Assembly: GCA_964423885.1 (NCBI GenBank)
Contig: CAYRGD010000003.1
Coordinates: 73,270-137,269 of the forward strand
Direction: 5' to 3'
Length of the DNA: 64,000 bases
Origin: an uncultured Candidatus Saccharibacteria bacterium
GTDB taxonomy: Bacteria > Patescibacteriota > UBA1384 > JACPKC01
Numbering within the stretch: position 1 is the stretch's first letter; every line of letters begins with the position of its first letter. Both the position numbers and the translations under genes were made by a program. Shown piece by piece: positions 39,146-46,730 of this stretch. Under the pieces are notes generated by a model. It saw only the letters and a program-made list of their open reading frames with translations. It did no database searches and was not told the origin of the DNA.

Positions 39146-40894
39146 ATGTCCAAACTCAATGTAGACCAAAAAACCATACATGATTTGCTAACAGATAAGA
39201 AAGCAGATTTCCTAATACCAGATTATCAGAGACCTTATGCGTGGGATGAAGACCAGTGCCAAACGCTGTGGGACGATATAACGGCTTTCGCATTTCCCAA
39301 TAATGACCACACCCAATTCGATAAAAACGAAGAATATTTTCTTGGCTCTATCGTTACCTTTAAGAATGAAAATAGGCAGCTTGAGGTTATTGACGGTCAG
39401 CAACGCCTAACTACGCTGATGCTTATCTTGAGGGCATTCTACGATAGATTCGCTAATGCACAGGATCCTAATTCTACATCGACCAGAGCAATGATCGAAA
39501 AGTGTCTGTGGAGAATTGATGAATTTGGCCGCGTAGACAAGGATACGCTCAAGATCAACTCGGAAGTTGCTACAGACCATGACAAGGACGAGTTTTTAGA
39601 ATTATTGCGCAGCGGACAATCTGCAACAGGAAAAAGTCAGTACGCAAAAAATTACGATTTCTTTAAACAAAAGATTAATGAACTAGCTGAAAACGCGATC
39701 CCCAACTTCCCGTATCTGCCCGCCCGCATCCTTGGTAACTGTATTTTGTTACCAATTGAGGCTGAGTCACAAGATACGGCGCTAAGGATATTCTCGACCC
39801 TCAATGATCGTGGTTTGCCACTTTCTGACGCCGACATTTTCAAGGCGCAATTCTATAAATACTTTAATGATAAAAGCCAAAACCAAAAGGACGAGTTTAT
39901 TGAGGATTGGAAGAACCTAGAAGATGTAACGAGTAAGATTTTCCACCCAAATACTGGCACGCCGATGGACGAACTCTTTACTCGTTATATGTACTACTTG
40001 CGTGCCAAAGAAGGCAATAAGAATACTACAGTAGAGGCTCTGCGCAAGTTTTACGAGCGGGGTAAATATAAATATCTCAAGGAAGACAATACCATTGAAA
40101 ACCTAAAGTCTCTGGCACTTTTTTGGGAAAATGTGGCACGACAAAATGAAGAAATATTTTCGGAAGATGTCCTTAAAAAGTTGTTTATTTTGAACTATGC
40201 ACCTAATGGCATGTGGCAATATATGACATCAGTATATTTCCTGCAAAACAAGAATGATGACGAAACACTGGATGAGACACCATTTGTAGATTTTCTCGAT
40301 AAGATCACTGCTTTCATTTTTGCCTACGCGATAACTAGCCCAGGTGTAAATGCGTTAAGAACGCCTGTATTTGATGAAATGATTAATATCATCAATGGTA
40401 TTGATGTTAGTTTCTCTGGTCGTAAGTTCAACCCGCACCAGGCAAGGTCGTTTTTTGATAACTACAAGTTCACCAATGGTCGCCCAATAACGCGCTCCAT
40501 CATTACATGGTATGCCTTCACTTTTAAAGGTCAGCCGTTGCTTGATATTGGCGAAACATTTCAGTTGGAACATATCTTCGCCAGAAAACGACAAGACATG
40601 GAAGGTGGACTCGTAAATGCAGCTAATCTCGAGTCGCTAGGCAATAAAATTTTACTCGAAGAAAGTATCAACATCAGGGCATCTGATTTCAGTTTTAAGG
40701 ATAAGAAAAAGATTTATAGCGGTGAGGGACGACGAGGTAGGAATCAAGAAAAAAGTAAAATAGCCGAAATTGAAAACATGATAGAGCGCACCAAGTTTGA
40801 TGAAAATGACATTGCTGAACGCAATAAGACTATTCTCGATAGATTCTTTGATTTCTTAGACAAAGAAAACTTACTGTCTGACTTAATAGATTAG
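39146..40894 (+). CDS. DUF262/DUF1524 two-domain nuclease (GmrSD/SspE/BrxU-like type IV restriction-type enzyme)
   Basis: N-terminal FLIPDYQRPYAW and DGQQRLTTL motifs (DUF262, a ParB-like NTPase). C-terminal QLEHIFARK…N…N region consistent with the DUF1524 His-Me finger. AT-rich codon usage. Confidence 0.75.
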   Translation: MSKLNVDQKTIHDLLTDKKADFLIPDYQRPYAWDEDQCQTLWDDITAFAFPNNDHTQFDKNEEYFLGSIVTFKNENRQLEVIDGQQRLTTLMLILRAFYDRFANAQDPNSTSTRAMIEKCLWRIDEFGRVDKDTLKINSEVATDHDKDEFLELLRSGQSATGKSQYAKNYDFFKQKINELAENAIPNFPYLPARILGNCILLPIEAESQDTALRIFSTLNDRGLPLSDADIFKAQFYKYFNDKSQNQKDEFIEDWKNLEDVTSKIFHPNTGTPMDELFTRYMYYLRAKEGNKNTTVEALRKFYERGKYKYLKEDNTIENLKSLALFWENVARQNEEIFSEDVLKKLFILNYAPNGMWQYMTSVYFLQNKNDDETLDETPFVDFLDKITAFIFAYAITSPGVNALRTPVFDEMINIINGIDVSFSGRKFNPHQARSFFDNYKFTNGRPITRSIITWYAFTFKGQPLLDIGETFQLEHIFARKRQDMEGGLVNAANLESLGNKILLEESINIRASDFSFKDKKKIYSGEGRRGRNQEKSKIAEIENMIERTKFDENDIAERNKTILDRFFDFLDKENLLSDLID

Positions 40895-40899
40895 AGGGC

Positions 40900-41361
40900 A
40901 TGCACGAGCCATATCTCACCTCATTCTTGCAAGGCAAATCTCCAGACCACCGAGGTCGCTTTCATCGCGACATCATCGCGTTCTCCAATAAGGAACTGGA
41001 GCAGTACCACGATTACATTCAGTGGATCTTCCCGCTCACCGAGAAAAGCGTGGCAATGTCGTGGACCCCTATTCTTGAGGATGTTGAAGTAATTCAACAG
41101 CTTAGAGCTGATAGAGCAGTTCTCGAAAATATGCGAGCTGCTTTGAGAGGGATGCAACGCTTTTATGCGGAAACAGACCATTGGTTACGACGCAACAACC
41201 ACAACCACCTTCGCATTGCCCGTATTCTCAAGTCAGCGGTGCTGTTAGGCCTTACAGAAGAAGCCGAACATTTTTACACGTTCATTCTTCATCGGCTTGG
41301 AGATAGTCAATCGGTAACAGATGAGAGCTTGGAATTTTGGAGGAATAGTATCGCTAAGTAG
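40900..41361 (+). CDS. OGFr_N-like domain protein (homolog of the opioid growth factor receptor conserved N-terminal region). Function unknown.
   Basis: The YHDYIQWIFPLTE and HNHLRIARILKSAVLLGLTE motifs match the HSYIQWLFPLRE and HNNLRITRILKSLGELGLE motifs of OGFR as recalled from memory. Starts 5 nt after the nuclease gene. Confidence 0.6.
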   Translation: MHEPYLTSFLQGKSPDHRGRFHRDIIAFSNKELEQYHDYIQWIFPLTEKSVAMSWTPILEDVEVIQQLRADRAVLENMRAALRGMQRFYAETDHWLRRNNHNHLRIARILKSAVLLGLTEEAEHFYTFILHRLGDSQSVTDESLEFWRNSIAK

Positions 41362-41383
41362 GGTATTGTCGGTCGGTGCGGAG

Positions 41384-41884
41384 CTAGTCTTTCGGAAGCG
41401 GGATGGGTTCGCTTGGATCGTCCGTCGGATGGGGCGATTCGTGCGGTGGGTGCATCATCCCTTTCGGTACGGGTATCGGACGACTTGGGTCGTCGATCCT
41501 AGGACGTGGTGCCGGCGTAGTGGTTTTCGGGATTGGTATAGGCTCGCTGAGGTCTGTATCGCTTGATTGCGGTGTGCCGGGCGCAGTGCGCAGTTGGCTG
41601 GGCAACGGGATTGGATCGCTCAGCTGCTCGACTCGGCGCGTCACGCCGGTTCTGGGTTTTGGGATCGGCTGATGACGTGCGTCATGGGGAGCGGCCTCTG
41701 CGCTGGCACTGCCACCAGTAAGGAGCGCTGCTGCGGCACCGATGCTGGTAATGAACCGGCGCCATGATGACGGCTCTCGGGCAGACTTTTCTGGCGTGAC
41801 CGGATCTGTCGATGCTGCGCGCTGATCCGCATCTTCGGGCGTGAATCCTTCGCGTTCACCCATGTATCCTCCTTTGTTTGACAA
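41384..41884 (-). CDS. Tat-signal secreted proline-rich repeat protein ([DESR]PIP[ILVK]P[KS] repeats)
   Basis: SWRRFITSIGAAAALL twin-arginine signal, then five copies of the PIPxPK/PIPLPS motif. 166 aa. Confidence 0.55.
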   Translation of the reverse strand: MSNKGGYMGEREGFTPEDADQRAASTDPVTPEKSAREPSSWRRFITSIGAAAALLTGGSASAEAAPHDARHQPIPKPRTGVTRRVEQLSDPIPLPSQLRTAPGTPQSSDTDLSEPIPIPKTTTPAPRPRIDDPSRPIPVPKGMMHPPHESPHPTDDPSEPIPLPKD

Positions 41885-41902
41885 TTATATCACCGACAAC
41901 GA

Positions 41903-43228
41903 TCATTTCCGGGTGAGTACGGCCAGTGTCTCGATGTGCGGCGTTTGTGGGAAGAAATCGAACGGCTGGATGGACGTTGGTTGGTACGTTGCCACAAGGA
42001 GCTTGAGGTCGCGGGCAAGTGTCGCCGGGTCGCAGGAGACGTAGGCGATACGCTCGGGCATATCGCGCAGCAGGGCGTCGATAACCTGCCGCTCCAGGCC
42101 GGTGCGGGGCGGGTCGACGATCACGGTCGTATCCGGCAGAAGTCGGTTGCGTACAAGGTAATTGGCAGCGGTCGAACCTACCGATATCGTGTCGCTCTCG
42201 CGGTCGAGCGCTGCGGCATTCCGCTTGGCATCGTCGATCGCCTGCCTGTGTGATTCCACGAGCGTGAGTGGTGTCGAGCTGCCGGCCGCGCCGAACCCCA
42301 TGAGTCCTACGCCGGCGTAGAGGTCGGTGATCCGAACGGATCCGGCCAACTGTTCCTGTAGTGCCGCCAGCAACAACTCCGCCGCTTCGACGTTGGCCTG
42401 GAAGAAACTCGTCGCGTCGTACGATAACCGGAGTGTCCCAACGCGCTCGGTCAGTACGCGGCTGCCCGCGAGCACCGTTGTCCGGTCGAACCGGGCCACC
42501 TGGTCACGCGCGTCGTTGGCCGACCAGACGATGCCGGTCACGGGCAATTCGTCGAAGTACCCGACAAGCGACGGGTCGGGCGCGATACCCGATGTCGCAA
42601 CCAGGTGGACCACCAGCTCGTTGCCGTGCACGCTGCGGCGGAAGATGACGTTCCGTAATCCTTCGCGGTTGCCGCGCGGCGACCAGATCGGATGGGATGC
42701 TGCATTGGCCCACGCGCTGATCCGCTCGAGCAGGCCGGCGGCGGATTCCCCGAACAACGCCGAGCCCTGGGCAGGGTCGATCTGGGTGTCGCTGCCAGGT
42801 AGAAGTGTGCCGAGTACGATGCCATCCTCGCGTTCGGCGAACGCGTAGGCGATACGGTTGCGGTAGCCCCATTCTTGCGGCGACGCGGTGATCGGACGGA
42901 TCGGGGTGTCAGTGAGGCCGCCGATCCTGCGTAAGGCGTCGCGTACGATCCGTTCCTTGGCGGCGAGCTGGGCGCCGTACGCGATGTGCGCCCAGGTCGC
43001 GCCGCCGAGCTGGGCAGCCGGAAACGGCGGCGGTACCCGGCTGGCCGATGGCTCAAGGATCTCTGTCGCCGTTCCGCGGGCCCAGCGGGCCGTTTCCTTG
43101 GTGAGCCTGACGCGCACATGTTCATTGGGTGCGCCGCCCGCTACGAACACGGCTCGGCCGTCGGGCAGACGGCCGATCGTGTCGCCGCCGGCAATGAGAT
43201 CGGTGGTACGGATATCGAGGTCGGGCAT
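41903..43228 (-). CDS. rlmD: 23S rRNA (uracil-5-)-methyltransferase RlmD/TrmA family (TRAM domain plus class I MTase)
   Basis: Start at the internal MPDLDIRTTDLIAGGDTIGRL (TRAM domain). C-terminal DLYAGVGLMGF motif I and the catalytic region of the m5U methyltransferases. The N-terminal extension in the ORF track was rejected. Confidence 0.8.
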   Translation of the reverse strand: MPDLDIRTTDLIAGGDTIGRLPDGRAVFVAGGAPNEHVRVRLTKETARWARGTATEILEPSASRVPPPFPAAQLGGATWAHIAYGAQLAAKERIVRDALRRIGGLTDTPIRPITASPQEWGYRNRIAYAFAEREDGIVLGTLLPGSDTQIDPAQGSALFGESAAGLLERISAWANAASHPIWSPRGNREGLRNVIFRRSVHGNELVVHLVATSGIAPDPSLVGYFDELPVTGIVWSANDARDQVARFDRTTVLAGSRVLTERVGTLRLSYDATSFFQANVEAAELLLAALQEQLAGSVRITDLYAGVGLMGFGAAGSSTPLTLVESHRQAIDDAKRNAAALDRESDTISVGSTAANYLVRNRLLPDTTVIVDPPRTGLERQVIDALLRDMPERIAYVSCDPATLARDLKLLVATYQPTSIQPFDFFPQTPHIETLAVLTRK

Positions 43229-43313
43229 CGGTTCTTCCTGTATGTTCGCGTTCCTGCTTGCGCTATGATAACCGACCGGCCTGTTGCCGGGCAGACGCAC
43301 GCAAGGAGGAGCC

Positions 43314-43796
43314 ATGGACGCCGCCGTCGAAGACCAGGTGCAGACGCACGACCAGCTCGAAGGGGCGCTCGGCCAAGCGACGGCCGCGCTGCTGCCGCGC
43401 CGGATCAGTCTCATCGAAAAATACAAGGCCGAGATCAAGATCGCCCGCGAGACCTTGAAGGCCGCGCTCGACGAGAGCCCGGAGTACGAACAGGCCTCGG
43501 TCGAGGCCGCTGCCGCTGCCCAGAAGAAGAAACAGCTCAAGGAGCAGCTCTGGTCGAGCCAAGACCATCAGGCGTTGGTTTGGAAGATCAAGGAAAACCA
43601 AGAAGAGATCGCGGTGTTGGAAGAAAGCCTGACAGCCGAGCTCATGCAGCTCTTCCAGACGCAGCAGGTCGACGAGGTGCCTGACGAGAACGGCGAGCCG
43701 CGCAAGTTCAAGATCACCGCGAAACTACTGCCGAAAGCCGCGAACAAGAGCCCGTTCGACCGTGACGCGCAAGCGCCGGGGATGGTTATCGGGTAG
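43314..43796 (+). CDS. Hypothetical coiled-coil protein
   Basis: AAGGAGGAG SD 6 nt upstream of the internal Met. 160 aa, charged and helical. Confidence 0.5.
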   Translation: MDAAVEDQVQTHDQLEGALGQATAALLPRRISLIEKYKAEIKIARETLKAALDESPEYEQASVEAAAAAQKKKQLKEQLWSSQDHQALVWKIKENQEEIAVLEESLTAELMQLFQTQQVDEVPDENGEPRKFKITAKLLPKAANKSPFDRDAQAPGMVIG

Positions 43797-43829
43797 CATA
43801 GGGCGCGTACCCGCAGTGAAAGGAACGGT

Positions 43830-44243
43830 ATGAACGCACATATCTCGCCCTATCTCACGTTTGACGGCAATTGCAAGGAGGCGCTCGAGTTCTACGGCCA
43901 CGTCTTGGGCGGCACCGTCGAGCTGCATCCGTTCAAGGAATACGACACGGACGGGCAGGGCGACCCCGCTTTTGCCGACAAGATCATGCACGGCATGCTG
44001 CAGCACGACGCCGTCAGTTTTATGGCGAGCGATAAGGCGCTCCCGGGTGAGTACGTAGTCGGCAACCACATGAGCATGTCGATCTCGGGCACCGACGCCG
44101 ATTACCTGCGCGCGGCGTTCGCCGGCTTGGCCGAGGGCGGCACGGTAGCGATGCCGCTCGAGAAGCAGGTCTGGGGCGACGAGTTCGGGATGTTGACCGA
44201 CAAGTTCGGGATCGTCTGGATGGTCAATATCTCGGCGAAGTAA
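43830..44243 (+). CDS. VOC-family/PhnB-like (glyoxalase fold) protein
   Basis: 137 aa. PhnB-like pattern (…YLTFDGNCKEALEFY…FGIVWMVN). Confidence 0.7.
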   Translation: MNAHISPYLTFDGNCKEALEFYGHVLGGTVELHPFKEYDTDGQGDPAFADKIMHGMLQHDAVSFMASDKALPGEYVVGNHMSMSISGTDADYLRAAFAGLAEGGTVAMPLEKQVWGDEFGMLTDKFGIVWMVNISAK

Positions 44244-44267
44244 CCAGCTGCCACAGTAGGACGAACA

Positions 44268-44297
44268 AAACGGGATGCCTTGAACGGCATCCCGTTT
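44268..44297. terminator. Bidirectional terminator with a perfect 12-bp stem (AAACGGGATGCC/GGCATCCCGTTT)
   Basis: Read directly from the sequence. Lies between convergent genes. Confidence 0.65.
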
Positions 44298-44318
44298 ACG
44301 TGTGTGTTCCGCGCGTGG

Positions 44319-45806
44319 TCAGTTCTTGGCGACGACGTGGAAGCCGCGGACCGGCTTCAAGAGCGCGTAGAGAACCGATGCGCCCTCGACCGCGTTCACG
44401 AACGGCATGAGCAGGAAAGTTGCCAGATAGATACCGAACTTTTTCACGAACGGGAAATCAGTATCGAGCAGGTTGCGGTAGGCGCCTACCAGGTAGATCG
44501 CCGCGTACCCGCCTTGCAATAAGGCCGCTGCCACGGCCAGCGGGGCCGGGAAGTACCCGCCGCCGAACGCGATGTTGGCGAGCGTGACGATCGGGCCGAG
44601 CCAGGCGACCATCCAGAGGAACATGTTGATCATGAGTAGGAAGCGCGTCCGGAACCGGATGTCTTGGTCGAACGCCAGGAACATGAGGCCGTTGAACCAG
44701 CGGCGGCGCTGCTTCAGGATGTCGGATACCGTGAACGGCGACTGCTCGCGGATAGCGCCGTCGACCCAGCCGAACCGGATACCGCGGTCGGATGCCTTGA
44801 ACGCGAAGTACGCGTCTTCGGTGATCGACTGTTCCGGCGACAGGTCGAAGCCAATGGCCTGCTCGACCGCAGCGGGCACGAGGACGTACGAGCCGTGCAT
44901 CCCGAAGAGCGGCTTACCGAAGAACTTGTACTGGAATCGGAAGCGGCCCAGGTCGTCGCCGGTACGGATACTGTCCGCGGCCGTGATGAACAGGTTGCGG
45001 TTGTACTCGTAGGCGTTGTACTTGATCTCGCCCTGGCCGATTTTCATGGCGTTCGCGGGATCATTGACGAACTCGTGGATGCCGACGACGGCCGATTCGG
45101 TCACGACGCTCTCTTCGTCGAGGTGCAGGAGCCAAGTGTCCGGGTGGCCGGCGCTGTGATGGTGCGGCGTATTCCGCGCTTCCACCAAGTAGTGGAGGGC
45201 CCGCGCCTTGTATTTGGCAGTGCTGCCTGTCCGGTAATCCGTGGGGACGACATGGAACTGGGTGTTGAGGGCGTTCGTGACCGTGTCGGCGACCGCGATA
45301 TCCGTGACGACGTCGATCATAAAGTCGGCGCCCATGCGGAACAGGACGGCCGACGTTTCGCTGACTGAACGTTCAAGCGCCTTGGCGTTGTCGCCGCGCG
45401 AGACATACGTAACGACCAACCGTTTGCCGGGATTCCAACCGGTCCGGCGGAACTGTTCGAGCGCCGAACGCTCTTTGGCGCGGGGCGAGCCGTAGGCCAG
45501 AAGTCCGGCCACGTTGGCGATCACGACGAGGAAGCCGGTGAACCAGAAGAACTTCGAGAGGTAGAGTGCGGTGGCAAGCGGGGTCGTGAGCGTGCTCGGA
45601 TCGTTGTTGACGAAGAAGTGCCCGAATAGGAACGCGTACCCGATAAGAGGCAGTACGACCGACGCGTAATAGACCGCGTTGTCGACCGCAGCCGAGAGCT
45701 GTGCGGGTACGTGGGCAACCGAGGTATCGAACGACGGTGCGAATGCGGCCTGACGTTGCTTCATACGGGCAAGCTCCTTCGTTGGGATGACGCGGGAATA
45801 TACCAA
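44319..45806 (-). CDS. Processive-type glycosyltransferase family 2 membrane protein (QxxRW motif: QRRRWFNG)
   Basis: N-terminal TM helices, a GT-A catalytic core (…HLDEESV…), QRRRW, and C-terminal TM helices. Resembles cellulose/PNAG/chitin-synthase-like enzymes. Confidence 0.7.
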   Translation of the reverse strand: MVYSRVIPTKELARMKQRQAAFAPSFDTSVAHVPAQLSAAVDNAVYYASVVLPLIGYAFLFGHFFVNNDPSTLTTPLATALYLSKFFWFTGFLVVIANVAGLLAYGSPRAKERSALEQFRRTGWNPGKRLVVTYVSRGDNAKALERSVSETSAVLFRMGADFMIDVVTDIAVADTVTNALNTQFHVVPTDYRTGSTAKYKARALHYLVEARNTPHHHSAGHPDTWLLHLDEESVVTESAVVGIHEFVNDPANAMKIGQGEIKYNAYEYNRNLFITAADSIRTGDDLGRFRFQYKFFGKPLFGMHGSYVLVPAAVEQAIGFDLSPEQSITEDAYFAFKASDRGIRFGWVDGAIREQSPFTVSDILKQRRRWFNGLMFLAFDQDIRFRTRFLLMINMFLWMVAWLGPIVTLANIAFGGGYFPAPLAVAAALLQGGYAAIYLVGAYRNLLDTDFPFVKKFGIYLATFLLMPFVNAVEGASVLYALLKPVRGFHVVAKN

Positions 45807-45892
45807 CGGACGTGAGAGGTGTCAAGAGATCTGGGTGACCGCCTGTTGACATACTCCAGTGGCAGTGCTATTGTCTCACGTTCGTAAAGTAT

Positions 45893-46084
45893 TTGTATTC
45901 CATTATGACCCACACGCCCTACTTCATCCTGCTCGCGCTCTACGCCGGCTTCGTGGCCAGCGTTGTTGCGGTCAACGTCGCCGTGTTGGCGCTTACCGCC
46001 GTACTGCAACGGTTCTGGTCGTGGCAGCGCCGCCGTGCCGAGCGGACCGCGCCGGTGCCGCAGGGAGCTGTCGCCAATGCGTAA
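45893..46084 (+). CDS. Small two-TM membrane protein (63 aa)
   Basis: A hydrophobic ORF immediately upstream of, and overlapping (ATGCGTAA), the next gene in the operon. Confidence 0.4.
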   Translation: MYSIMTHTPYFILLALYAGFVASVVAVNVAVLALTAVLQRFWSWQRRRAERTAPVPQGAVANA

Positions 46085-46730
46085 GGCTGCCCGTTTCAAG
46101 GCTGCGTTGCGGCGGTTCACGGCCCCGGTGCCGTTCCTGCTGCTCGGGATCGTGTCGATCGCCGTCTCGGCGTTCGTGTTTTTGAACGGCTTCGAGCTGG
46201 CGACGAACGTGAATATCCCCTACGCGTTCGCGATCGAACCCGTGCCTGTCGCCGGCCTGGTCGCCGACAACCGGTCCGACGAGGTAGCGGCCCGCCCCGA
46301 GACGGCCGTGGGTAACTTCGGCGAGCCGAAATACCTGAAAGTCGCGACGCAGACGACCCGGCTGCCGCTGGTCCCCGGCGTCGAGGCGGGCGGCGAGTTC
46401 CTGGCCCGGGCCGCGGTCGGCCACGTGGTGCTGCTGGGTACCGCCAAGAGCGGCAACCTGGGCAACGCGCTCGTGTACTTGCGTACCAGCTGGCGGAGCG
46501 TCGCCCACCCGGAACAGATCGTCCCGGGAACGAACGTCTTCGTCGATACCGACCGTGATTGGCGCTACATGTACCGGGTGACCGAGGTCGCCGACCTGGC
46601 GGCCGGGACGCCGTACCTTGTGCCCGACAGCGTCAAGGCGCACCTCGGTATCGCGTTCGTGAGCGAGAGCGGTACGAGCGTCCGACTCGTGCTCGCGGAC
46701 TTCGTCAATATCCAAAACATCCAGCAATGA
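46077..46730 (+). CDS. Hypothetical signal-anchored secreted protein (217 aa)
   Basis: N-terminal TM/signal (FLLLGIVSIAVSAFVFL). ATGA overlap with the downstream GT2. No catalytic Cys, so it is not a sortase. Confidence 0.5.
   Translation: MRKAARFKAALRRFTAPVPFLLLGIVSIAVSAFVFLNGFELATNVNIPYAFAIEPVPVAGLVADNRSDEVAARPETAVGNFGEPKYLKVATQTTRLPLVPGVEAGGEFLARAAVGHVVLLGTAKSGNLGNALVYLRTSWRSVAHPEQIVPGTNVFVDTDRDWRYMYRVTEVADLAAGTPYLVPDSVKAHLGIAFVSESGTSVRLVLADFVNIQNIQQ

Larger units (their letters stand above)
39080..41370. mobile_element. Low-GC genomic islet (~2.3 kb) adjacent to tRNA-Asn. Probably a horizontally acquired remnant; no integrase is present.
   Basis: Sharp change in composition by eye: about 40% GC inside versus about 65% in the flanks. 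Starts right after the tRNA terminator. Contains two co-oriented genes. Confidence 0.6.

Noticed and set aside
39080-41400. Integrase/recombinase or att direct repeats delimiting the tRNA-Asn islet
   Set aside because: No tyrosine/serine recombinase ORF is present. Apart from a trivial shared 'tattgt' hexamer, no convincing repeat of the tRNA 3' end was found by eye. The islet is therefore reported as a remnant rather than an intact integrative element.
46077-46730. Sortase assignment for the 217-aa secreted protein (the GH..L..G…Y.V region superficially resembles the sortase fold)
   Set aside because: There is no TLxTC catalytic cysteine. In fact there is no Cys at all after the signal anchor, so it is left as hypothetical.
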